DNA of 63,600 nucleotides, filler included, from Rhabdomonas costata (Eukaryota), in the NCBI GenBank assembly GCA_019059605.1. It is 45 parts of 45 records of this genome, joined end to end, with 100 filler letters (N's around TTAATTAATTAA, not from the genome) between each part and the next. Parts side by side here need not be neighbours in the genome. Positions count along the whole stretch, not along the records: positions 36,818 to 38,133 come from JAHMHO010019668.1; positions 38,234 to 39,549 come from JAHMHO010019669.1; positions 39,650 to 40,966 come from JAHMHO010019670.1; positions 41,067 to 42,381 come from JAHMHO010019671.1; positions 42,482 to 43,796 come from JAHMHO010019672.1; positions 43,897 to 45,211 come from JAHMHO010019673.1; positions 45,312 to 46,626 come from JAHMHO010019674.1; positions 46,727 to 48,039 come from JAHMHO010019675.1; 37 more parts are not named here. One strand, written 5' to 3'. Shown here piece after piece: positions 36,818 through 47,900 of this stretch (the first letter of the stretch is position 1; every line of letters starts with the position of its first letter). The position numbers were made by a program, and so were the translations under genes. The notes beneath the pieces are model-generated. The model saw only the letters and a list, made by a program, of their open reading frames with translations, was not told the DNA's origin and did no database searches.

Positions 36818-38133
36818 GGGTGTGGGTGAAGCTCACCGACGCGCTGAGCTCCCGAAGACGCCCCACTCGCAGCGGGGCCTGCCGCAGCATCGCGTCCACG
36901 GCCTGCCTCTCCTGCTCTGTCTCCGTCTCCTCCCTCTTAACGGGCTCATCGGAAGCTGAGGGGATGCAGCACACTTCGCTTTCGGAGCTCACTTCCGGTG
37001 GGCCAGCGGAGGTGGAGGTGATGCTGCTCTGGCTCATTCGGTAGCGGCGGAGAAAGATCTCCCGCACCACTCTCATCGGCTGGTGGGTCGTCCGCAGCGA
37101 GCACAGCAGCAATGCCAGTTCTTGGCAGGCCTGCAGCGCAGGGGCAACAGCCGATGGGGAAGCAGAAGGGGACGGCAAGCATGCCGTACTAGAAGAGGAA
37201 GAGGAAGGCAAAAAATCACTGTTTCTGAGCGCGTCCTCCATTAGCACCAGACGATAGACCTCGCCACGGCTCAGGGCTTGCCGCCGCGGCTTCTCCAGCT
37301 TCTCCAGAACCTTCTCGCTCGCTCCACACAGCATCGTAGCTAGCACAGGAGTGGCGGTGAGATTCCGAAGCTCAGGAATGGCCTGCACTCGGCTCACCAG
37401 GGCCTTGGCCTTCTTGCGCCCTCCCGCAGCGGCCTCCTGCTGGGCATGCTCGTCATGTTTGTGGACAACCTCCCGACGGGCTTCCAGCATCGCCTTCAAG
37501 ACCTTCGCACAGCTCCCTCGCAGGAGCTTCTTCGATGCCGCAAGCCCAGCGGCTACCATCTCCCGGCCTTCTGCTTGTTGCCGCGGCTTCAGTTTCTCCT
37601 TCGCCAGCTCTGGGTCCGTCGCGGCCTCCCACGCGGAATAGCTCAGCATCTTCTCCGCAAGGTGTTCAAAGTCGCTCTCCGTGAAGGGTAACACCCAGTG
37701 CTCCGTAACCTCGGCAGCAGAGCCCAGCACCTTTGCTGCGCTGGAACTCCCCACCACCGCCTCCGGACGAGAGGTCACCACAACCCTCCTCAGGGCCTTC
37801 CCCACCACAGCTCCAAAAAGCCTCACAAGCCCGCCATGCTGCTGCTCCACCGCCTCCCGCACCCACGGCACCACCTCGTCCCACGAGTCCAGGATCAGCA
37901 CCACGCTGCCCTCACGCTCCGCCTCGAAGTCAGCCTTCCCCACGCCCATCGAGGCCTCCATGAACTTCCCCAGGGCGGCAGGCTCGGCCAGGCCCTCGCC
38001 TACCATGGGCAGAGACACGAACATCCCGAACACGCCCTTCTTCACCGCCTCCAGCATCCGATGATGAGCCAGCAGCGCCGTGCTGGTCTTGCCCATTCCC
38101 CCGGAGGACAGCACCAGGTCCACGGGGATCCTT
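36818..38133 (-). CDS. NACHT-type STAND NTPase (contig-spanning, intronless fragment)
   Basis: SGGMGKT (Walker A), VLILDSWDE (Walker B), VVVTSRPE (sensor 1), VLPF, TPVL, and the winged-helix SFTH at the contig end. Confidence 0.85.
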
Positions 38134-38881
38134 NNNNNNNNNNNNNNNNNNNNNNNNNNNNNNNNNNNNNNNNNNNNTTAATTAATTAANNNNNNNNNNN
38201 NNNNNNNNNNNNNNNNNNNNNNNNNNNNNNNNNAACACCCCGAATCTAAGAATTTAGTATGTGACATTTCGAACAGAAGTTTTTTTTAGCCTATATTTAT
38301 GCCGGTGGTCCTTCGCGGCATCCTGTTGTGTGCCGTGGTTAGAAACTCTCAGTTTACGGTGTAGCCTGCTATATTTAGGCACTAAAATTGCCATATTTGC
38401 CCCTGTATGGCCTATTTCGGGCTATTTTTACCTAATTTTGGCTAAGTTTGAGCACTTTATGGTCAAAATGTTCAAAAGTTTTTTTGGTTTTTTGGGGGGG
38501 AGCCTGGAGACTTCACAAGCGCACAAGGGAAAGTCATGGTGCAAGAAGAAGGAATTCGGGGAGGACTGTGCGTTTGGGTCAAAAATTTGAGCGAGGAGTG
38601 CCTGAAAGTTTCGGAATTGTTTGTCATATTTCACTATTGAGAGGATCCTTTTTTGATTGAGCTTTGCAAAATGTCCCATCTCGCCTTGCATCCACTTGCG
38701 GACACGCTCTGGGAACCGGAGCTGTCGCACTGGGAAGCGCCCCGGGGTTAGATGCTGTGCTGGGGGAGGGGTACCCTGCATTCCCAGTCCTCCAGGGCAA
38801 ATGTAGTCCAAAGTGGTCCGTGAGGATGTGATGAAGTGCATTGTTGGTAAGTTTCCCCTACCCCCAATGCCCCAACTTCAG

Positions 38882-39503
38882 ACCGAGGCCACTGCGACGC
38901 TGCGGGTGGTGGCTGACGCGAGGGTTACCGCAGAGAAGGCCCTGACGGATGCCAAACTCAATGTGGCGCAGCTGCAGGCCGCGGTTGAGGGCATGCAGCG
39001 AGAGCTGGAGGTGTGCCCCCCCCCCCTTTTTGTGTACCGACGGTACAGACTTACAGGCCGTACGTGAATTGCAGACCGTATGTATTTTGAAAAACCACAA
39101 GGTCGAATGAACTCCCACCCACCTGCCGACCTACTCACTTTCACACAAACACGCACCCCTTCAAGTTCCCCACGCCGCCATTCAGTGTATCAGAGTGAAC
39201 CCAAACTATGACTGCATTGCATGAAGAGACCCTTTGCCACCCGACACGACTCTCCCCCCTTTCCCAGTTCTCTTTCTCTCACCTTACGTTCTCTGACATT
39301 CTCAGGAAGGGCCTGGGATGCTTCAGCGGCAGCTGGAAGAGCTTCAGTGGCAGCTCGCGCAGAAGAACTCCGCGGAGCGTGCCGACGAGGAGCAGAGGCT
39401 GCGTGTGCAGCACACCCTGTCCGAGAGCGAAGCCCAGGCCACCCAGCTGAAGAACATGCTCTTGCAGGAGCGCAACCAGTGCCTGGCCGCAAAGGCTGAG
39501 AAG
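38882..39503 (+). CDS. Coiled-coil protein, exons 38882-39010 and 39306-39503
   Basis: Heptad-rich translations with in-frame GT-AG boundaries. Confidence 0.65.
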
Positions 39504-39656
39504 GTCCCCTTTCATTCAACCGCTCACCACCACCCACCCAACCCCCCTCNNNNNNNNNNNNNNNNNNNNNNNNNNNNNNNNNNNNNNNNNNNNTTAATTA
39601 ATTAANNNNNNNNNNNNNNNNNNNNNNNNNNNNNNNNNNNNNNNNNNNNGTTTTTG

Positions 39657-39870
39657 TGGAAGTCAAGAGCAGTGTGTCATCATCATTGACTGCGATCGTG
39701 TTGGTACGGGTACATGTGCGCACGAATTGTCTCCATCAAAGGGAGGGTGAAGCAAGCACCCAGCCTGAAAGAGAATGGGCGCACACTGCGCGTACGTGCA
39801 CTCATGCACACATGTACCCGTACCAACACGATCGCAGTCAATGATGATGACACACTGCTCTTGACTTCCA
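39657..39870. repeat. Contig-terminal inverted repeat with 62-bp arms (39657-39718 / 39809-39870)
   Basis: Perfect reverse-complement arms preceded by a G/T-only tip. Confidence 0.9.
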
Positions 39871-40477
39871 AAAAGAACGAAACAAGGGAAATAACCAAAA
39901 GGCGGATTCTTCAGGGTGCAAAACCTGCGTGAAGACAGTCTTGGTTTCTGTTGTCCTTGACTAGTGTGAAGATATAAGGACCACACATACTTAGGGCGCA
40001 TACACATACACATATGTGGGACGTTCGCAGGTGAGCCGGTATCCCTCGACGTCGTTTAACTCTCGCAAGCACCCGTGTTCAACAGCGCGTGTGCCCGTCA
40101 GTCCACAGTGGTTACCAACAGTCAATCAGGGAACAGCCAGCGCGCTATGCGCCCAGCTTACAAGAACACACATGCACACAGACAACTACAACATCGACAA
40201 AGCGCATGCTATGCGTTTAAAACAGGATCATCCAGCGGGTTGGCCGGAATTAATTTACTTTTAAAGCCAACATAACCCACGCCAATTGTCACCATAAAAA
40301 CGCACCCTTTTTTGTGTGTGTTCGGAGGTTCTTTTTGTTTAACTTCTCCACCCCCACCCCCCACCTCTTCTGCCCCTTCCTTCGAGACGTGTGAACACCG
40401 GGTTGACCGAATATAACAACTGGCGACTTACGCGGCGACGGTTGCCCCCTTGATGGTGGTGGTGGTGGTGGGTCCAG

Positions 40478-40600
40478 GTGCCAGATGGCGTGCATGAACT
40501 ACCACTTCGTGTGCCCGGAGATGCGGCTGAACTCCGCAATGTTCGCGCAAAACGGCAAGTGCGGGTACGTCCTGAAGCCCGGCTCGATGCGCGGGCCGGA
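40478..40600 (+). CDS. Exon of phosphoinositide phospholipase C, Y domain
   Basis: ccag | (G)CQMACMNYHFVCPEMRLNSAMFAQNGKCGYVLKP, matching the PLC-Y consensus GCQMVALN.Q...M.LN...F..NG.CGYVLKP. Confidence 0.9.
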
Positions 40601-41066
40601 GTGGGTGCGGCTCAGTGATCTTACAATGAAATAAAACTGCTTTCCTGTTGGCCCCGTTTTGGATGAGAATTGGGTTCCTATTGTTGGGTGACCCCCACAC
40701 ACATACACACTCTTCCACGTGGCCTTTGTGCACCCGGGAGAGGAGCACTTAGAACGAACCCGCTTAGAGACGGACCCAGTGCGTAGAGGTTCAAGCGGAC
40801 CATCGAGCGCAAGAAATCAGAGCCCTTATGCTACCACCAACGGGAATCCGGCACCTCGCGAGCACCCGCAGCCAAAAGCGCGTGCGCCAGTCAGTCCAGA
40901 GTGGTCACCAACAACCAAGCAACCAGGCAACCAGGCAACAGCCAACACACACACACACACTTGGCTNNNNNNNNNNNNNNNNNNNNNNNNNNNNNNNNNN
41001 NNNNNNNNNNTTAATTAATTAANNNNNNNNNNNNNNNNNNNNNNNNNNNNNNNNNNNNNNNNNNNN

Positions 41067-42381
41067 AACGGGGCGTACGTCCTGAGTGGGCTGTACCAGG
41101 GCCATGGCTTTTTCTTCAACAACGCTTCAAGTCTCTACCTCTGGTACTCTTCGCCCTCTCTTGGGTGGACCATAGCCCGCACCCTTGGGTCAGCCTCGCT
41201 GCTCGCCTTCAACGCCATGAATGTCTCCACGCCAGACCTCCTCCTCTCAACCTCGTGGATGGTGTGGAACGGCTCGACCACCGTCGAAGACCCGCTGGTG
41301 CAGACCCTCTGCACAGGTCTGCACCGACCCTTCGCGGCGTGACGCCCTTTGGATTGCGCTTGCAAAACCGAGCGAGCTTTGCGCTGTGTACTCTGTGGAC
41401 TCTTTGCTCCGAAGCGCAGAAAAAAGCATGCAGAATATGGAACGTCATGAGCAGCGGAAGAATGGGCGAAAAGGTGTCGTCGAAGGCCTTAAAAATCCTC
41501 TGGAGACATAGACTCATCTCCAGCACAGGCCCTTCTGGAGATCAGTTTAAGTTGCTCCTATGTTTTGCTGCTTTCTGTTGCTTTCTGTTTCTGTGCATGT
41601 GGCAGGAGGACAGCTCATTTCTTCGCTCACAGAGCGCGACCGCGCCGCCCTTTTGAGGTTTCAGCAGAAGGTGCAGGGCTGTGATCTCTCCTCGTGGACG
41701 ACTGCGGGCACTACCCATTGCAAGGGCTCGTGGGTGGGCCTCTCCTGCGATCTGCAGCGTGTGGTGAGCCTCAACCTCTCTGGGATGGGCTGCTATGGGC
41801 CCCTGGACCTATCCATTCTGCAACCTTTGCCCCTGAAAGGACTTGATCTCAGCGGGAATGCCTTCCACAACGCCTTCGGTAACAGCTACTTTGACCTCTC
41901 TATGTTGCCCGTGACTCTAACCAGCTTCTCTGTCAACACCAATGAGCTTCTAGCAGGCGCCTTGAACCTCACAGCGCTACCTCCGAGCGTAGAGCACCTA
42001 GACCTGGGCGGGTGCAAGTTTTTCGGCTCCGTCGACCTGTCAGTGCTGCCACCGTCCTTATCGAGCGTCAACCTTGCCTCCAACCTCTTCACTGGGGTGG
42101 TGAGCGTGGGGAGTGTCCCGGCGGGAATTCGTTCTCTCGATCTAAACCACAACAACTTTGAGGGATATGTGCTGGTCAGCCACCTGTCCGCGTCCCTGCA
42201 GTACCTGGACCTGTCCTACAACCTCTTCAGCTGGGACCTGGCCCCCCACGGCACGGCCACGGTGGAGTACCTGGACCTCAGTGGGAACCGTCCCGCGGGG
42301 TCTCTGAACTTCAGCTTCGGGCACTTCCCGGCCACGGTACAGTCCCTTCGGCTTTCGAGCTGTGGCCTGAGTCAGCTTTTG
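41067..42381 (+). CDS. Extracellular LRR protein (LRRNT cap plus LxxLDLSxNxFxGxxDL repeats) preceded by a beta-rich aromatic module; exons 41067-41316 and 41606-42381
   Basis: DRAALLRF...SSW...C...WVGLSC...VVSLNL cap and LP..L..LDL..N.F.G.VDL repeats. A phase-1 GT-AG intron joins the upstream NGAY...LYLWY...WMVW.G...DP module in frame. Confidence 0.85.
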
Positions 42382-43345
42382 NNNNNNNNNNNNNNNNNNN
42401 NNNNNNNNNNNNNNNNNNNNNNNNNTTAATTAATTAANNNNNNNNNNNNNNNNNNNNNNNNNNNNNNNNNNNNNNNNNNNNCCGTGGTGACGAAGGGAAT
42501 TTGTCCCCACCTCTTCCCTGGCGGTGGTTGTTTCTGTATTTGTTTGTGTGGTTCAAGTCAAAAGAAATAGTTTTTCCTGGAGTGCACGATTTCCGAGTGT
42601 GCATGCGCTAATCCCCCTGCACACTATTCGATTGCCATCCCCTCCCCCTCGAACACCCCTCTATAAATTCATGTTCATTAGCTTGGTTCTCTTTTGAGTG
42701 GAATCTGAGGTGGACGCAAATAAAAACAGCTTGAGGACGCTTCTCAGATCTCCGATTCTGAGACGCAGGGTGAGCTGGATGACCCTGCAGCGGCAAGCTT
42801 CCAGCTCGAACAGGTCCTGTTGGGCTCGCCGGGCGTGTCCCATAATTCGCCTCCCCAGAACTACAACTTCGAGATGTCGAATTGCTTCTTCCTCCTGCCT
42901 GCTGCCATGAGTTTAGCGTGTCCATGTGCAGCACCGGGCGATGTTCCCAGTGTTTTATTTCGGCAGTTTGGTTTTCGTTGATCAGTTTGTGGAGGTGCGG
43001 ACCATGGTGCTATGCTGCCAGGGTTGCTATGGTTGGAACGCTGCTTGTCGCCATTCGTTTTCCTGCTTGTTTTGTTCCGTTCATCGCTCGCTCGCATGTC
43101 CTGTTCCTTCTGCGCTTCTTGGGCCCGTTCTGGGCAGGCCGCGACCATAGGAGATTTAGCCGAAGTTACTGGGTGGACTTCAGGCTCAGAGGTGTAGGTG
43201 GATGGTGGTGATGGTGATGTGTAGGGGCGGGGGGTGGAACTGTGGTGTTCTTATTTTCTTGATTTGCTTCAGTTCTTTGTATACATCCCAGACCGACCAA
43301 CAGAATGGCCGAGCGAGCCAATATATTTCCTTTCTTTCTTCGCAG

Positions 43346-43576
43346 TACTTCGAGGAGTTCTGTGATGAGCGACTTGAGGATGACCGTGTGGAGGCGCTGA
43401 TCGCGTTCATGCAGGAACGCGGCGCGTTTGGGTTCCACCCGGAGAACGTCATTGAGGTTGTCCAGGGCCTTCGGCGACTAGAGAACCCCGTGCAGCCGTG
43501 GAAGGACTCGCAGGGAGTGTGGAGGCTCCCCGCTCGCTTCGCACCTCGCACCTCCATTCACCACACCGCCGCTCAG
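43346..43576 (+). CDS. Internal exon of an unknown protein
   Basis: Polypyrimidine tract and cgcag acceptor, 77 open codons, donor cag|gtattt. Confidence 0.5.
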
Positions 43577-44841
43577 GTATTTGGACCCGTGCAAAAACCA
43601 GACGCTTTGCCTTGATTTTGCTTGCAGACGCCTTGCCTCTCTCGTTTCCTTCCAGGCCTTTCTAATTGACATTGTCCCTCTTTCAATACCACACTTCGCT
43701 CGCAGTCTGGGCTCTCCTCTCCGTCCTTCCTTCCATCATAACCGAGATTCTCCTTTGATATCCTTGTCCCCCCACCACACCAACCACACCCAACACNNNN
43801 NNNNNNNNNNNNNNNNNNNNNNNNNNNNNNNNNNNNNNNNTTAATTAATTAANNNNNNNNNNNNNNNNNNNNNNNNNNNNNNNNNNNNNNNNNNNNGTGT
43901 TTTTGTCTTTCATCTCAATCTTCCCCTACCTCATACTTTTGAGTTGTCGTGGGCCATATTTTACCTGGCTATTTTAGGACTATTTTAGCCGCGGGGTCCC
44001 GCTTTCCACCCCCCTCCCCAACTGTTTTGTCGGTACGGTGTTTGTTGCTTTTGCCCATGGTCATGTGGCCACAGAAAACTCTTAAACCGCCGCATCAAGC
44101 GTCCTTGAAGATCTATCTGGGTACATCAGCGTTTGTCTGGGTCCCCGTCAATCGGTCTATCTTTTTCCAAGCACAAATGTCCCTGGGTCAAAGAAGAAAA
44201 TCGGTTTATCTTTTTCCTTCCACATCCATCCAGCACCTCCTAAGTCTTTTCGGACGGCCACAGGGTGGAATAGAAACGAAATCTGACGAGCAGCGACATG
44301 CACTTCAGAGGAGTTTGCACCATGGGGTCATCTTGAATTCATGGAATAACGAGTTCGTTGTGGCCCTTGGCAGCAAGAAATTTGTTCTGCACCGGAATAC
44401 TAGCTGCTCTTGTTGCACTGGATCGGAATGATGCCGGTTTTAGGAACCATCTCCGTCATCTTCTTGTTCAACGTCCTGGTTCCTGAAATCTTTTCAGTTG
44501 CGGTGGTCCCCATGAAGCCCATTTCCATTTTATCTGCTCTGAGTTTTGTTTAAAAATGCGTAAATGCCTTCTGACCTTTTTCTATCTGACTGGGATGATT
44601 AATGCCAAAACAACCCCCCACAGAAGTCGTTTCCCACTTCGCTTTTGCCATGCTGCACAGGCACCCCTTCAGATCTTCCTCTCCCTTCTGTATTGTCTTC
44701 CGCACTTGCTTCCTCCCCAAACCCGTGCACCCTTGAGCTCCACTCTCTTCCCACTTTCTGCCCTGAGGTTTGGTAAGCTTCTGATTCTCCTCCGTCCCTC
44801 GACATACAGAGAAGCAGCGAGCGAGTGATTGTGACTGAGTA

Positions 44842-44941
44842 ATGGCGGCCCGAGGGCGGCCTGAGGTTCGGTCTGGGCTGTTACAGTGGGTCAATGAGGT
44901 CACTGGAATGACGTACACCTCCGTGGAGGAGTGCCGCACAG
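44842..44941 (+). CDS. First exon of a calponin-homology-domain protein (EB1/MAPRE-like N-terminus)
   Basis: MAARGRPEVRSGLLQWVNEVTGMTYTSVEECRTG | gtgtgg, compared with EB1 R..LL.W.N......T.VE.C..G. Confidence 0.65.
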
Positions 44942-47900
44942 GTGTGGCGAGCGAGTGTGGGCGGGATGTCAATGAGTTACTGCAATGCACATAAATACTG
45001 GTGATGTATAATAGCGTCGCCAACGATACATCTACATCACCCTTGGTCTGCTTTGTTTTTCTGTTGGTATGAAAAAATGTGTAAATGTGTTAATATCCCG
45101 AATACCAGGGACTTTATCTGAGTGAGTCGCGGAGCGCAGCTACCCAAGACACCCTAAAAATATCGTCCTTGGATCGTGCACATCACCCTCCAACCAAGGG
45201 AGACCAAAAACNNNNNNNNNNNNNNNNNNNNNNNNNNNNNNNNNNNNNNNNNNNNTTAATTAATTAANNNNNNNNNNNNNNNNNNNNNNNNNNNNNNNNN
45301 NNNNNNNNNNNGGTTGTTTTTCGATGGATTTTATTTGTGCAAGTGGATTGGGTGCGCTGTTTTCGGTGAAAAAAAGATACGCCAGTCCTTCAGAAAACTT
45401 CCCACATTTTGCAAGTAACTTCAGAAAGTTGACTGTATGAATTTCGTGTGGGAAACTCTCACTTTTGAGACGAAACGTGCCATAATTATTGTTGTGGTCC
45501 AGCCTGACACAGGCATTTCTGCCTTCACTCACGCCATCACCATTCAATCCATTGTAAGACCAAACTCCCCTCAGAGGCGAGAGGCGGATGTCTGCATCGC
45601 TGTCGAACCTCTGGAAAACCGTCTCATGAACCATGAACGTTGTACAGACCTCATTTTGCTCGCCATAAATATCCATTAGGCCTCCCTACAGACTAAGAGA
45701 AAGTTAGGCACCTCATCGTCGACGATGGCCCCGCGGACACCGCACACCATTGGCCGGGCGCTGCGAAGCACACGAGAAAAGTCTCTTTGTCTTCCAGCTC
45801 CCCGGCCTTCCTGTGTTTCCCTCTGCTGTTTCGCTCGGCTGTGACTATGGACGAGGCTGCGTTGTGCACACTTGCTGCTGAAACAAAGCCGAAACAAATT
45901 CCGTGCAGTGGACCTCTTGTTTATTCCCCGCAGTCTAACTTAGGGGATGGAAATATTTGGGACGCGATGCGACCGGAGCCACCTCACTCTCGAGTTGTAC
46001 TCAAACGCACCCTTGCCACATCCCCATCTGCCTTCCACAGACATTTTGGTTCTCGTTCGTGAACCGCGTGGTTCACTGGGTGGGGGTCGAGTTTCAGCCT
46101 AAGCCCGTGTCGGGTGGCCCTGTGGAAGAATTCCGGGGATGAATATGAGCGAAAATTTATCACGGCAAGAAAAGTCTGCATACAAGGGCGCAGGAAGGGA
46201 AGGATCCGATAAAGGGGAGAGGGGCCAAGGAACACGGTAACAGTTCCCGCCCTCCCCAACCTCCAGAGGTCCATAAAGAAAGGGACGGAAAAAGAGCGGT
46301 GTGTGAGGAGGGCGGGGAGGGGGGAGTTTACACACGAAGGCATCACCACGGGCCGCTTCGCCTTCTTGTTGCCCCTCTCATTCTGGGAAGAACCTCCGTG
46401 GACGCGTTGAGCGTACCTCAGGACGAACGCCCCCCAAAAAAAGCAATGCGTGTCCGATTCCCCCCAACGTCAGCGATCAACATCTACAGGGTTAAAACAT
46501 CAACAAAAAGGCTTACAGGTCCACTTGAAGACCACAACTAACAGCAGGATACAAACTCCGGTATTTCTCGTATTTCTCAGTTAGAGAGCTTTTTATGTTT
46601 GCTTTTTATACGCACCTTGGGTCACCNNNNNNNNNNNNNNNNNNNNNNNNNNNNNNNNNNNNNNNNNNNNTTAATTAATTAANNNNNNNNNNNNNNNNNN
46701 NNNNNNNNNNNNNNNNNNNNNNNNNNGTGTGGTGTGTTTGGGGGGTGGTGGGAAGGCGGGCGTGAACGATGCGCCGAACCTTTGGAAGTCCTCCACGAGG
46801 ACCGCAAGCTGCCTCCACAGCGCGGGACTGAGAGCGGAGCCCCCGCGGCGGTGCCTCTGCTCTATGCACTCCAGCAGGCTGGCCAAGGCACGCGCGGAGG
46901 TGTCGAAGTCCTTGTGGTGAGCAGGGCGGGTGAGGTCGGGAATTGCACATAACCCAAAGGCCCATTCGCTGCGCTGATTCACAGGTTGAAATTCCTCATT
47001 TGCTTTGGGGAAAGCTCCTTCTGCGTTGCTTAATATCGACTGAATAGGCACGTTTCTAGACCTTCGCCGGCTTACACGCACGGGCAGTCAGCCGGGGGTT
47101 CTTGACAAACCCAAGGATCGAGAATCAGAACAATATCGTGGCATGCTATCATACAAGTAATAAGGGGGCATACATGTAATAAGGAGGCCTGCCAGTGAGG
47201 TTTACTTTTTTCCTTCTCGAATTTTTCGATATATTCCAAATAGACAAGAAACGCACTTTTTCACTAATGTCGGAATCTCATGCTTGCACCCACCTGAACA
47301 CTGACTAACAGGGTTTCTACTAAGATGGGCTGACGTGGAACACATCCGTTGTGTGAATGGGAGCGGTCACTTAGGGCACTTAGGGAAAACCCTCGCACAC
47401 AGGAAACGTACACGCAGATCACAGTCCATCACGAACGTACACACGTACCGCTATTCCCGCGGCCTGCAGCGCGAGCCGACCCGAGGAGGCCGATGACACG
47501 GAGAGAGGTGAACCCGGGTCCTCGTCCTCACTCGCCCCCAAGGCTGCCTCCACCTGCTCCACCGCACCAGGCTCCTGCTGCAGCTGCGCAAGTAGCTGCC
47601 TGAGAATCTCCTGCACGCACCAACACACCAAATTGCAATGGGGCTCTCCATGCGAGCACCCTGGATGCCGAACAGCTTTTCTTTCATAATCGCTCTCCTT
47701 CACACGTGTTTCTGTTTCCGTCTTTTCATCCACAAACATCCACAAACACGAACAAACAAACACACCTGTCCCTAAGCCAAAGAAGAGAACCACACTGCAA
47801 AAAGCGTGGTACTTCAAGTCGAGCATGGAGGAGTGTTCTGAACAAACACCGGTCTTTTCATTTCAAGTTTTTTCTGCGAAGCATCCGGAATCAATACTTC

